A stretch of DNA of 64,000 bases from Gemmatimonadaceae bacterium. Lineage in GTDB: Bacteria > Gemmatimonadota > Gemmatimonadetes > Gemmatimonadales > Gemmatimonadaceae. Positions 54,431 to 64,000 of the stretch are shown here, piece after piece. Under the pieces are notes generated by a model that was not told where the DNA came from, ran no database searches, and saw only the letters and a list, made by a program, of their open reading frames with translations. Location of the stretch: assembly GCA_045803545.1 (NCBI GenBank), contig JBJMOW010000004.1, forward strand, positions 1 through 64,000, written 5' to 3'. Position numbers and translations under genes: made by a program. How positions within the stretch are numbered: position 1 is the first letter of the stretch; every line of letters begins with the position of its first letter.

Positions 54431-55426
54431 TCAAGCGACCGTGACCGGTCTTCGCCCAACGCGCGCGAGAAATGGTGGTGAAAGAAACGTCGTCACCACC
54501 ACCATCAACGTGATCGCACTGAATAGCGCCGGAGTAATCGCCTGCGTCGCGAGCCCCATTTGCGCGAAGATCAGCCCCACTTCGCCACGTGGAATCATCG
54601 CCACGCCGATCAGGCGCCTGTTGCCCCGAAACCACCACGGTGCGTAGGCAGCCAGATACTTTCCGGCTACGCCAGTGATGATCAGGATCGCCGCGACAGC
54701 TAGCGTTCCGGATTGACCGAACGCGCGGATCTGCACCGCGGCCCCGACCGCAGCAAAGAAGATTGGCACCACCACCCAGGTTACGGGCCTGGTCACCTTC
54801 TCGGCACGGGCTCGCCACGACGTGCGGTTCACGATAATCCCGAAAGCAAATGCGATGAGTATCCCTGCCGATGCGAGGCCGCTGACGCTCGATGAATCAG
54901 GTGTAACGATCCCGGTTACGACTGACAGCACGATTAGACCGGCGATGTCGTCGAGCACCGCTGCGCCCAACACCACCTGGCCCTCGCGCGACTTGAGCTG
55001 ACCGATGTCGGATAGCACGCGCGCCGAGATCCCGATCGAAGTGGCAGTCAACGCCGCTGCGCATACGAGCGCCGGAATCGTGTGCATACCGAGTAGCCCA
55101 ACGACGGCGATGTACCCGAGTGCCATCGGCAGCACCACACCGACGACGGCGACAGTAGTCGCAACGCCCAACACGGCGGTTATCGATCGAAAGTCGGTGT
55201 GAAGGCCAATTTCAAACAACAGGACAATCACACCAATCTCTGCCAGCGCGTGAATGACGGGGTTCGTCGGATCGAGCCAGGCGAGTAGGGATTGGCCGAG
55301 CATCACGCCAGCAATCAGCTCGCCGAGGACGGCGGGCTGTCCGACACGCGTCGCCAATAGCCCGAGCAGTTTCGTTGCGAGCAGCGTCGCCGCCAATACC
55401 AGCAACAGCGCCATGGTGCCGGTCAC
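54431..55426 (-). CDS. CPA2 cation:proton antiporter (unusually short)
   Basis: QPAVLGEL, LLFEIGL, ATSIGI, AAVLDD, MIPRGEVGL. Confidence 0.85.
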   Translation of the reverse strand: MTGTMALLLVLAATLLATKLLGLLATRVGQPAVLGELIAGVMLGQSLLAWLDPTNPVIHALAEIGVIVLLFEIGLHTDFRSITAVLGVATTVAVVGVVLPMALGYIAVVGLLGMHTIPALVCAAALTATSIGISARVLSDIGQLKSREGQVVLGAAVLDDIAGLIVLSVVTGIVTPDSSSVSGLASAGILIAFAFGIIVNRTSWRARAEKVTRPVTWVVVPIFFAAVGAAVQIRAFGQSGTLAVAAILIITGVAGKYLAAYAPWWFRGNRRLIGVAMIPRGEVGLIFAQMGLATQAITPALFSAITLMVVVTTFLSPPFLARVGRRPVTVA

Positions 55427-56931
55427 CGGTATGTTTCGAAAAAGCCGGTTCCGCTGCCGTTTAACGGAACTCCGTCGACGCGACCAGAGAGCACCGCCGT
55501 GCCTTTCATCTGGATGAAGTATGGATGCGCTCTGACGCCGGCGACCGGGTTGCCACGTTCGCGAGCAGGCCGAGTGTCGGTTGCAATTGCGTCTTCAACC
55601 TGCAGATCGACTCGCAGCGTGTCGTTTCCGCGGGCGTCGAACAATGTCGCATGCGACGGTACGCGAACGACCGCGCCGCCAACTTGTAAGGTGCGATTGT
55701 CTTCGTACCTAATTGTCGTCGGCCGAAAGACAGCGCGGAAGCCGAGCGAGTCAGTCAGATAGAACAGGACTGGCGGCACCGAGATTGAGCTGTCGGGAGG
55801 ATAGACACGCCCATAAAGGAAAGTGTACTGTCCGGCGCGTGATGCGCCCCACTCCCACGTCACATTGCGCCAGACGCCCCAGTTGTGGTCATGGTACGAT
55901 TGCGCGTCGGCCAATCGGTCGCAGACGTCATCGACGCACAGCGATCCCGTCGCTTCAGCGCGCAGAGCGGGCACGACGTAGCCCGACACGAACCCGCCCG
56001 ATGACATCGACACGCCGGGAAAGTACGCATGTGGCTCGGGATGCACGCGAAGAGCGATTGAAATGCGGCCTCGACCATTTTCCTCCGGAGCCGAAGCCTG
56101 TACCGAATAGTCGCCGTCCGGCAGAACCGTTACCCGTGAATTACCGAAGACGAGATTCGCGTCACTAGTAGAGAACCGCACCTGCGATTTGTCGATCGTC
56201 CGCGCGAATCGCCGGGTTCTGTCGCCTTGTTCGCGCAGAGTTATAGCGACCTGTCCTCCCCACTTCGCCCCACGAATGTCTCCCCCGACGATAAATGAAA
56301 TAAACGCCCATCGCCTCCCGCCTCCCCCTTCCCGCTTCCCGCTTCCCGCCACAACGTTGAAATAGTGCCACTCCGCCCAGGTCTCACGATTGGCGACGCT
56401 GTCGCCCGGAATGTGGAAGTGATCGATCTCGTTCCGCAGCTCGAGCGGCGTGGGCGCAACCCACCTTCGATCACCGTCGTCGTTAACCCACTCCCCCGCG
56501 ATCATCTCCGGCGCGGCTCCCACCGCACGCGACGCGTCGGGAATCTCACCGCTGGCATGTACCGCGAACTCCTTCCCGTCGGGCGCGCGCAGGTACAACA
56601 GCCTCCCCTCGATCTGCGGCGCGACAGCTGCCACTTCCTTCGCGTACCTCGGCGATGCCAGCGCCTGTCGATACAGGAACGACGCGTGGTCGATCGAGAA
56701 GAACAGGCCGCCGATGCCTCCAGTCTTCATCACCTCGACGTCCAGGCCTTCGGGTAGAACAGTGATAGTTCCACCGCCGACAAGTTTCTCCTGGCGCGCC
56801 TGTGTCAGCATCGCCTCGCCGATCGACAGCAGCACGATCATCACTGCCACTCCGACACCGAAGCCGAAAAACATCAGCACCGACCGCCAGGGCCGATAAG
56901 TGAGATTCCGCAAGGCAAGCTGGCCGATCAT
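55423..56931 (-). CDS. MacB/FtsX permease N-terminal half fused to CrtC/AttH-like domain
   Basis: LALRNL..RPWRS + single TM + VAAVAPQIEG; then AEWHYF and YHDHNWG...WEW motifs; no C-terminal TMs. Confidence 0.75.
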   Translation of the reverse strand: MIGQLALRNLTYRPWRSVLMFFGFGVGVAVMIVLLSIGEAMLTQARQEKLVGGGTITVLPEGLDVEVMKTGGIGGLFFSIDHASFLYRQALASPRYAKEVAAVAPQIEGRLLYLRAPDGKEFAVHASGEIPDASRAVGAAPEMIAGEWVNDDGDRRWVAPTPLELRNEIDHFHIPGDSVANRETWAEWHYFNVVAGSGKREGGGGRRWAFISFIVGGDIRGAKWGGQVAITLREQGDRTRRFARTIDKSQVRFSTSDANLVFGNSRVTVLPDGDYSVQASAPEENGRGRISIALRVHPEPHAYFPGVSMSSGGFVSGYVVPALRAEATGSLCVDDVCDRLADAQSYHDHNWGVWRNVTWEWGASRAGQYTFLYGRVYPPDSSISVPPVLFYLTDSLGFRAVFRPTTIRYEDNRTLQVGGAVVRVPSHATLFDARGNDTLRVDLQVEDAIATDTRPARERGNPVAGVRAHPYFIQMKGTAVLSGRVDGVPLNGSGTGFFETYR

Positions 56932-57608
56932 CCGTCGACCACTCTGCCGTCGCGCATGTGGATCTTTCGCTTCGCCGCACTCGCCAGTTCCTCATCGTGC
57001 GTCACCACCACAATGGTTGTCCCATCGTTGTTCAAACGCTGGAACAGTGCGATGATCTCGGTTCCTGTCTTCGCATCGAGCTCGCCGGTTGGCTCATCTG
57101 CCAACAACAACCTGGGCTGGTTTGCCAAGGCTCTCGCGATGGCGACACGCTGCTGTTCTCCGCCCGACATCTCCGATGGCCGATGTCGCTGTCGATTCCC
57201 AAGCCACACGTAAGACAGCAACCCAGTCGCCCGCTTCACCCGCTCGTCCTTCGGTACACCTGCTTCAGCCATCGGCAGCGCGACATTCTCGAGCGCGCTC
57301 AGAATCGGCATCAAATAAAAGCGCTGAAACACGAAGCCGATATTTCGCAGCCGGAATTGCGTTGCCTCGCGATCGCTCATGTCATCGACGCGTTTGCCGT
57401 CGATAGTTACCGTACCGGATGTCGGCTGATCGATCACGCCGATCAGATTGAGCAGGGTCGACTTGCCGCATCCCGACGGGCCAACGATCGCGACGTAGTC
57501 GCCGCGCATCACTTCCAGACTCACTCCCTGTAGCGCGTGCACACGCTCGGCGCCTAGAGCATAGTCACGGCGTACTTCGCGCAGTGAGATGATCGGCGAC
57601 TCGCTCAC
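56928..57608 (-). CDS. ABC ATPase (LolD/MacB type)
   Basis: GPSGCGKS, IGFVFQ, MSGGEQQRVAIARA, LADEPTGELD. Confidence 0.96.
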   Translation of the reverse strand: MSESPIISLREVRRDYALGAERVHALQGVSLEVMRGDYVAIVGPSGCGKSTLLNLIGVIDQPTSGTVTIDGKRVDDMSDREATQFRLRNIGFVFQRFYLMPILSALENVALPMAEAGVPKDERVKRATGLLSYVWLGNRQRHRPSEMSGGEQQRVAIARALANQPRLLLADEPTGELDAKTGTEIIALFQRLNNDGTTIVVVTHDEELASAAKRKIHMRDGRVVDG

Positions 57609-58801
57609 GCGATCGCTTCCTTGCGCAACGTTTCAGAGATCGGGAGCGAAGCCGCCCTGAATGCGGGATAGACACCGGCGCCAATTCCGCTGGCGATCAA
57701 AAGGCCGAGCGCAGACCACGCCGCTTTCGGCTGAAAGAGAAAGAAATCAATCGCCATCGGCAATCCCGGAAACGCCGACAGGATGCTGTTGAGATAACGC
57801 GCGGTGACGAGCCCCAATGCGAGACCGATGATCGCGCCTAGAAGGCTGATGAAGAGGCCCTCCACCACGATCTGTTGGACGACATGCGAGCGCGACACAC
57901 CGATCGCTCGGAGCACCGCGATCTCCCCAGCCCGTTCGTTTACGGATACCGTCACGAGAGTCGTCACCAGCAAGAAGCCGACGAACAGACTCACGGCGCC
58001 GAGTATCAAAGCCAGCTGCCGGAAATAGCTCAGACGCTGATCGACCTGGGCGATGGCTGTTGCAATCGACAGCGCACTGACATTGGGCAGCTGCGATTCG
58101 ATCCATTGTCGTGTCGCTTCAATGTCTGCACCGTCGCGCACGCGGATCATGAACAGCGATGCGCGATCTCCGGCGCGCGTGGGCAATTGCGCGTTCATCT
58201 GCTGTAGGGTTTCCCGACGCACGGCAGCCGCAGATTGGTCCGTGGCGCCGTAGAGGAATCGGACGGTGCCTGTGATCGTCAGAGTGCGTTGCCCTGCGTA
58301 GCTGCGTGTCTGCGGGTCGAATCCGGTCGACACGGTGATCGTGTCACCAATTTTGCCGCCGAGGTCGCGCATCAGCCGCTGATTGACGACGATCCCATTC
58401 GCCACTGTCACATCGGTGCCGGAGAGCAACTCGTAGTCACCTTGCACTTTCGGATCGATGCCGAGTATCGAGGCGCTGACATCGCGGCCGCGAATGGGGA
58501 TGTGAATCGAACCGCCGAGCACAGCGCTGATCTCACCCAGATCAGGGTTTCGACGCAGCGTGGAAACGACGCTTGCGACATCGGCGATGGTAGCATCGGT
58601 GTCGAATGGCAACGTTCCCTTCGGTGCCAGTCGCAGCTGGAAACCGCGTGTCAACAGCAGCTGGCGAAACGATTCGCGCATGCCGGTGGCTAGCATCACC
58701 ATGTCGAGCAGCATTGCCGCCGCGATGGCAACCCCAAGTATCGCCAGCATGGTGCGAGCGCGGTGCCTGACCAGAGATGCCTTGGCAAGTACGGCTCTCA
58801 T
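57605..58801 (-). CDS. MacB/FtsX-type ABC permease (complete)
   Basis: TM1, periplasmic domain, SVNERAGEIAVLRAIG, YPA.RAA. Confidence 0.93.
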   Translation of the reverse strand: MRAVLAKASLVRHRARTMLAILGVAIAAAMLLDMVMLATGMRESFRQLLLTRGFQLRLAPKGTLPFDTDATIADVASVVSTLRRNPDLGEISAVLGGSIHIPIRGRDVSASILGIDPKVQGDYELLSGTDVTVANGIVVNQRLMRDLGGKIGDTITVSTGFDPQTRSYAGQRTLTITGTVRFLYGATDQSAAAVRRETLQQMNAQLPTRAGDRASLFMIRVRDGADIEATRQWIESQLPNVSALSIATAIAQVDQRLSYFRQLALILGAVSLFVGFLLVTTLVTVSVNERAGEIAVLRAIGVSRSHVVQQIVVEGLFISLLGAIIGLALGLVTARYLNSILSAFPGLPMAIDFFLFQPKAAWSALGLLIASGIGAGVYPAFRAASLPISETLRKEAIA

Positions 58802-59637
58802 CGGCCGAATAGTGCGAGGGGCGGTTGCCTTACCAGCCGCAACGACGCCGCGATCCCTGCCCCAATTCCCAACGCCAGCGACAAAGCCACTGCAGCGATG
58901 ACAATCGTCGGGGTCACGATAGAGAATGCGAGCGGAGTCCGGTAAACGGCCTCGTAATGCCAGTTCACGAACACCGACACCAGCCAGCCGAGCACGATTC
59001 CAAGCGCGCTGCCGAGCACGGCGATGAGCGCCGCCTCGATGATGATCGCGCGAACTACTGTCGCGCGAGAGATGCCCATCAGTCGCAACGCGGCGATGTC
59101 GCGCCGTCTCTCTTCCACTTTGAGCACCATGATGCAAAGAAGAAAAACTGAGCTCGCCACGATGGTGATGATTCCGATTGCGCGGTGAAAGCGACTCACT
59201 ACCTGAAACGTCCGCGATGTCTCGACAGCAATCTCGCTGGAAGGGTATGCTCTGAACCCGAACGCAATGTCGTTAACACGTTCGATGAGATTGCGTATGT
59301 CGACGCCAGACCTCGTCTGAATCGCGAAGCGGTCGACTCTGTCGCCGTAACCAGAGATGGTTTGCAGCTGATCGAGATGCATGCGCACCTTGAGATCACC
59401 GCGCGCGACCTCGGATGGGTCGGCTCCGCGCCGAACGATCGCTCCGATTATCACCGTGTCACCAGCGGCGTTCGCGCCACTCGAGATCGACACTCGATCG
59501 CCAATGTGGAGGTGTGCCTGTTCGGCGAGTACTTCGTCGATCGCGATCGTGCGGAGCCCACGCTCCTGGGTCGGGAGCGCTTGGGCAACGATCGAATCTT
59601 GTGTGAGAGCGGAGAGGAGAAGGAGCGCCAGCAGCAC
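58798..59637 (-). CDS. MacB/FtsX permease C-terminal half with its own signal-like N-terminus
   Basis: MLLALLLLSAL; IAIDEVLA....IGDRV; VEERRRDIAALRLMG; 279 aa only. Confidence 0.85.
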   Translation of the reverse strand: MLLALLLLSALTQDSIVAQALPTQERGLRTIAIDEVLAEQAHLHIGDRVSISSGANAAGDTVIIGAIVRRGADPSEVARGDLKVRMHLDQLQTISGYGDRVDRFAIQTRSGVDIRNLIERVNDIAFGFRAYPSSEIAVETSRTFQVVSRFHRAIGIITIVASSVFLLCIMVLKVEERRRDIAALRLMGISRATVVRAIIIEAALIAVLGSALGIVLGWLVSVFVNWHYEAVYRTPLAFSIVTPTIVIAAVALSLALGIGAGIAASLRLVRQPPLALFGR

Positions 59638-59646
59638 GCCCGAAAG

Positions 59647-60357
59647 CTAGCCGCGCTTCACTCCTCTGTCTGCAATTGGCGCCACCATCACTTGCGCCGC
59701 GAGCGCCGGACCGATCGAGAGCTCCTGACGCGAGATGCTCAACGTGATAGGACCATCGAACGGCGCGTGCGCCTTCACCGACAGCCGCTTGCCAGGCACG
59801 ATCCCGAGCTCAGCGAGGTAGCGCAGCATCTCAGCGTCTTCATCCGAGACCCGCACCACCACTCCCGTGCTTCCAACCTCGAGCTCGGCGAGCGATCTAT
59901 AGACGGTCTCGTCGACCGAACCGTCGCGCGATGGGATTGGCGCGCCATGCGGATCGACTTCGGGCTCGCCAATCGTCACCGCCATTCTGTCCACGAGCTC
60001 GTCCGAGGCCGCGTGCTCCAGCCTCTCAGCCTCCGCATGCACCCGATCCCACGGATAGCCGAGCGCTTCAGCGAGATATGCTTCGATCACGCGGTGCCGA
60101 CGCAAAGTGCGCAACGCCGCGCGTCGTCCACTCTCGGTGAGCTTCACCCCGTGATAACGCTCGTACGCGAGCAGTCCCTGATCAGCGAGCCGCCGCACCA
60201 TTCCGCTAACTGATGCCGGCGCTAAATCGAGTCTTTGCGCAATGTCGTTGGTCGCAGCCGCACCGGTGCCGCCACCGATCGCATAAATCGCCTTGAGATA
60301 GTCCTCCACCGGCGCCGTTAACGCCTCCCCTCTTCCGCCTCCCGCTTCCCGCATCAC
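59647..60357 (-). CDS. mntR: DtxR/MntR-family metal-dependent regulator with FeoA domain
   Basis: EDYLKAIY, RRHRVIE, EAERLEH, DPHGAPIP, LRYL..LG..PG; follows mntH. Confidence 0.9.
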   Translation of the reverse strand: MMREAGGGRGEALTAPVEDYLKAIYAIGGGTGAAATNDIAQRLDLAPASVSGMVRRLADQGLLAYERYHGVKLTESGRRAALRTLRRHRVIEAYLAEALGYPWDRVHAEAERLEHAASDELVDRMAVTIGEPEVDPHGAPIPSRDGSVDETVYRSLAELEVGSTGVVVRVSDEDAEMLRYLAELGIVPGKRLSVKAHAPFDGPITLSISRQELSIGPALAAQVMVAPIADRGVKRG

Positions 60358-60800
60358 GCCGGACTCGGCGATGGAGTTCCGCGCACCATCAACACCGGCA
60401 CCATCGAGATGTGGCGCAGCTCACTCGCCACGCTGCCGCGAATCACATCGGACAGGCCACGGTGACCGTGGGTAGCCATCGCTATCAGGTCGCAGTTCTC
60501 GCGCTCCGCGCAAGCGGCGATCTCTTTCGCTGGATCGCCCCCTGCCAGAATCGCTTCGGCACTGTAGCCGTCGCTCTCGAGGGATTCCGCGATGCCTTCG
60601 ATGTATTGGCGATCGCCGCGCATCTCCTCCGACTCGCGCAAATCGAGCTGGTTGATGTTGCGCGCAGCCCAGCCATCCGCAACGTGAATCAGGATGATCG
60701 ACGCGTCGTTGCACGCCCGCGCCAGCTTGCGAATGTGCGCGAGAATGACTGCATCGTAGGGCGAATTCTCGACGGGCACGAGGATACGCTGGTACATCAC
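60354..60800 (-). CDS. Universal stress protein
   Basis: [26 protein letters not shown]. Confidence 0.93.
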   Translation of the reverse strand: MMYQRILVPVENSPYDAVILAHIRKLARACNDASIILIHVADGWAARNINQLDLRESEEMRGDRQYIEGIAESLESDGYSAEAILAGGDPAKEIAACAERENCDLIAMATHGHRGLSDVIRGSVASELRHISMVPVLMVRGTPSPSPA

Positions 60801-62179
60801 TTCCCCAATCCGCTAAAGAATTGGAACAGCAGCCAAATGTTGAGCCCTACGATGATAAACGCAACCAGGTATGCCGACGCCTTGAGCCAAAGCGAATTCG
60901 TGAACTCACCCATCTTCGCCCGCTCACTGGTGAACTGCACAAGTGGGAAGACAGCGAACGACAACTGCATGCTGAGAATTACCTGACTCAGCACCAGCAG
61001 CTTGGCCGTTCCGGCCTCGCCATAGAGAATGGCGACCACCGCGGCCGGAATGATCGCGATCGCGCGTGTGATCAGTCGGCGCAGCCAGGGGCGGATCCTG
61101 ATGTTGAGGAATCCCTCCATCACGATCTGGCCGGCAAGCGTTCCGGTCAACGTCGAGTTCTGGCCTGAGGCGAGCAGCGCAAGCGCAAACACGGCGCTGG
61201 CACCGGCCCCAAGTAACGGAGTGAGCAGCTTGTAGGCGTCCTGGATCTCACCCACTCCTGCGTGACCCGTGGTGTGGAACGACGCGGCAGCAATGATCAG
61301 GATGGCCGCATTGATGAACAGCGCAAAGGTGAGCGCGATCGTAGAGTCGATGAACGCGAATCGCACCGCCTCGCGCTTGCCCTCACTCGTCTCGTCGTAC
61401 TGTCTCGTCTGAACGATCGACGAATGCAAATAGAGATTGTGCGGCATCACCGTCGCGCCGAGTATGCCGACAGCAACGTAGAGCATTGCCGGGTTTTTGA
61501 TGACTTCCGCTGACGGTACGAAGCCACGCATCACAGGCAGGAACGGTGGCTGGGCGAGAATGATCTCGAACAGGAAGCACGCGCCGACGGTCGCGATCAA
61601 CACAATCACGAGCGCCTCGAGCAGTCGAAAGCCCTTGTTCTGCAGATAGAGAACGATCAGCACGTCGAGCGACGTGATCAGGACGCCGTACGCGATCGGG
61701 ATGTCGAACAGAAGGTTCAGCGCGATCGCCGTACCGATCACTTCCGCCAGATCGCACGCGGCAATCGCAATCTCGCACGCAATCCAAAGGACAAACCCAA
61801 CGGGTTTTGAATAGTGATCGCGGCATGCCTGGGCGAGGTCGCGTCCGGTGACGATGCCGAGCTTGGACGCGAGACCCTGCAGCAGAATCGCCATCAGGTT
61901 CGAGGCGAGGATGACGCTGAGCAGCGTATAGCCGAACTGCGCCCCGCCGGCGAGGTCGGTCGCCCAGTTGCCCGGATCCATATAGCCGACGGCGACCAGG
62001 TAGCCCGGTCCGGCGAATGCGAGAATTTTTCGCCACCAGTTCGCTCCGCCAACCGGAACGCTGCGATAGACCTCGACCAGCGATGGAGTTGTCCGAGCAC
62101 GACGCCAACCTGGCGGTGCGACTCCGCTCTCGTCGGCCTGTTTCGATTTCCGCGCGTTGCGAAGGAGCTGTATGGCCAA
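60797..62179 (-). CDS. mntH: Nramp Mn2+ transporter
   Basis: [35 protein letters not shown] start with GGAG inferred. Confidence 0.95.
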   Translation of the reverse strand: MAIQLLRNARKSKQADESGVAPPGWRRARTTPSLVEVYRSVPVGGANWWRKILAFAGPGYLVAVGYMDPGNWATDLAGGAQFGYTLLSVILASNLMAILLQGLASKLGIVTGRDLAQACRDHYSKPVGFVLWIACEIAIAACDLAEVIGTAIALNLLFDIPIAYGVLITSLDVLIVLYLQNKGFRLLEALVIVLIATVGACFLFEIILAQPPFLPVMRGFVPSAEVIKNPAMLYVAVGILGATVMPHNLYLHSSIVQTRQYDETSEGKREAVRFAFIDSTIALTFALFINAAILIIAAASFHTTGHAGVGEIQDAYKLLTPLLGAGASAVFALALLASGQNSTLTGTLAGQIVMEGFLNIRIRPWLRRLITRAIAIIPAAVVAILYGEAGTAKLLVLSQVILSMQLSFAVFPLVQFTSERAKMGEFTNSLWLKASAYLVAFIIVGLNIWLLFQFFSGLGK

Positions 62180-62213
62180 ACCTGTCTCCGTTGTTACTGC
62201 TACCCTAGGAAAT

Positions 62214-62232
62214 AGTTTAGTACATCCTAACT
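62214..62232. promoter_or_regulatory. DtxR/MntR-type operator
   Basis: Minus strand AGTTAGG-ATGTA-CTAAACT resembles TTAGG-N5-CTAAA boxes; AT-rich, upstream of mntH. Confidence 0.7.
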
Positions 62233-62369
62233 TTTTACGCAACTGTAATTCACATCTGCTTAGGTAGTGTTCACCCGCGTTGAGCGGCCGTTGGCGCGCA
62301 CAACTACACCCGAGCCGGCCGGGTGCCCGTAGTATTGGACAGCAAAGAGCTTCCTACGACGAGATTGAA

Positions 62370-62885
62370 ATGTTTTCCTGGCCCTACTCGCATCTCCTGA
62401 TCAACCACTTCCCTGTAGTTCTGAGTGCCGTCGGCCTCGGCGCATCGGTCCTCGCGCTGCTGGTCCGACGGCGAGGGATTTGGCAGGCTGCGATGGGGGC
62501 ACTGGTAATAGCCGGTCTTTTCATCTTCCCGGTTCACTTCACGGGAGATAAGGCTGACCACGCGTTGCGAGACCCTTGGTACATCAAGCCGGGCACGATC
62601 GAGGCACACGATAATGCAGCTGGGATTGCGATGTGGGTGATCCTGCTCGTCGGCGCGTTTGCCGCCTATTCCTGGTGGCGATCTCTCAAGCGGCCGCAGG
62701 AGCTCATTCCCACCTGGGTACGCACCGGCATTTTCGTTGGCGCGATCGCAGCTGTCGGAACGGTCACGTACACGGCTTACCTGGGTGGCAAGATCATTCA
62801 CGACATGCCGATACTGCAGATGCCACAGGCTCCTCAGGGATTGCCTCCGGGGATTGCAGCTCCCAGGGATTCAACCGATCGCTGA
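62370..62885 (+). CDS. Four-TM membrane protein (DUF2231-like, conserved His)
   Basis: HLLINHFPV, TG..A, IEAH, TAYLGGKI.H. Confidence 0.8.
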   Translation: MFSWPYSHLLINHFPVVLSAVGLGASVLALLVRRRGIWQAAMGALVIAGLFIFPVHFTGDKADHALRDPWYIKPGTIEAHDNAAGIAMWVILLVGAFAAYSWWRSLKRPQELIPTWVRTGIFVGAIAAVGTVTYTAYLGGKIIHDMPILQMPQAPQGLPPGIAAPRDSTDR

Positions 62886-62944
62886 CTCAATGGCTGCGTA
62901 ATGAGAGCCAACTAATCGATGCGGGCTGCGATCTAGTTGAGAGC

Positions 62945-63004
62945 TCGCAGTCAGCTCTTATCTCGCAGTTAGCTCGCATCTCGGACCCAGCTCGCAGCTC
63001 GCAC
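62945..63004. repeat. Degenerate 11+7 repeat
   Basis: tcgcagtcagc tcttatc tcgcagttagc tcgcatc tcggacccagc tcgcagc. Confidence 0.7.
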
Positions 63005-63043
63005 CAATTCGTTGGTTCTCCTCCCGCAACAACCAAGGCGCGA

Positions 63044-63661
63044 TCAGCCAACCATCCTTAGCAACTGCGCGAGGATTCTTTCCGTCATTCCCCAAATGAC
63101 ATGGTCCTGGTGCCGGAAGACCCGCGCGTTCAGCTGAATACCGCTCGCGAAAACGGTGTCTTCACGCCAGGCATCGCTCGTTGCGAGCGAGCCGAACGGA
63201 ATCCAGAAGGCCAGCGCGACTTCGGAGCTGAGACTTAGCGGCTCACTCCGCTCCAGCGCGAAGACAAACGGTCGAACCGAGATTGGGGGCAAGCGCACGC
63301 TGCGGGGATAGAGATCGTCGAGCGTGCCGATGATTCGGCCGTCGCGCTCGAGATCGATGCCCGTCTCCTCGCGCGTCTCTCTGACGGCGGTGTCGACCAG
63401 CGATACATCTCCGTGCTCCTCGCGTCCGCCCGGAAAGGCGACCTGACCGCTCCACGGATCGCCAGGATATTCTGCGCGCTTGATGAACAACAGCTCTGGC
63501 CGTCCTTCCTCGCCTGCGCGAAAGATCAACGCCACTGCCGCTCGGCGAATGCCCGCTTCGTTGACCTCGACCGGTTCGTGCGCGACGAACGCCGCGCGCA
63601 GGCGCAACATCGTCGGATGTGCCAGCAGCGCGTCGATACCATTTGTGGAATGCTCGCCCAT
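63044..63661 (-). CDS. Nudix CoA pyrophosphatase
   Basis: AAVAL, SGQVAFPGG..E....L..TA.RETREETG, IWGMT. Confidence 0.92.
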   Translation of the reverse strand: MGEHSTNGIDALLAHPTMLRLRAAFVAHEPVEVNEAGIRRAAVALIFRAGEEGRPELLFIKRAEYPGDPWSGQVAFPGGREEHGDVSLVDTAVRETREETGIDLERDGRIIGTLDDLYPRSVRLPPISVRPFVFALERSEPLSLSSEVALAFWIPFGSLATSDAWREDTVFASGIQLNARVFRHQDHVIWGMTERILAQLLRMVG

Positions 63662-63669
63662 CTACCAGC

Positions 63670-64000
63670 TCACTTCTTCGCCGTGTTACGCAGAAAGAAA
63701 TTCGTCGTTTCCTTTATCACCTTCTCGAGCGACGGTGGAACGTCACTCAGGGGATGCTTCGCCTCGAACGTATGTCCGGATCCCTCGATCAGCCGTAACG
63801 TGCTGACTCCCTTAGCCGCCGAGTGAAGTCGCTCCGCCTCGGAGCTCGGCACGGTTTCATCCGCAGTGCCGTGCAGGATCAGCCACGGCACTTTGATCTT
63901 TCCCGCGGCCGCCTCGATGTTCACCTTCGTCTTTCCATTTAGCTCGACATCCTCGAGCAGGCTGGTGCCGAGGCGCATCACCTGGCCAGTGCGGGAGTTC
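63670..64000 (-). CDS. Alpha/beta hydrolase, C-terminal part (partial)
   Basis: PWLILHGTADETV, IEGSGHTF. Confidence 0.85.
   Translation of the reverse strand, partial: NSRTGQVMRLGTSLLEDVELNGKTKVNIEAAAGKIKVPWLILHGTADETVPSSEAERLHSAAKGVSTLRLIEGSGHTFEAKHPLSDVPPSLEKVIKETTNFFLRNTAKK

Overview
GC-rich bacterial chromosomal window with no phage, integrase, transposase or CRISPR. Gene style (many Sec/SPII lipoproteins, DUF5916 barrel, TonB receptor with carboxypeptidase-like N-domain) suggests Gemmatimonadota; that is inference only. Contents: gltBD; a prephenate dehydratase-AroH chorismate mutase fusion; ClC; a type IV pilin; an AcpA-like phosphatase; a LacI-controlled probable beta-1,2-glucan locus (TBDR, GH144, ABC, GH1, and a large frameshifted CBM/discoidin-GH) interrupted twice by opposite-strand genes; tRNA-Ala(CGC); rnz; mgtE; and mntH-USP-mntR followed by a MacB/FtsX-type ABC system. 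Most notable signals: (1) an unannotated Ile/Leu-rich leader peptide with terminator and antiterminator before gltB; (2) a leaderless Tyr/Phe-rich attenuator before an ACT-less PDT-AroH fusion; (3) an ABC permease apparently split into two genes, the N-half fused to a CrtC/AttH-like domain; (4) a G-rich heptamer repeat inserted in-frame in several proteins and abutting promoters; (5) ~140-160 bp hairpin elements conserving structure rather than internal sequence; (6) four divergent lipocalin-like lipoprotein paralogues in tandem. All calls come from reading motifs by eye; no searches or folding programs were run.
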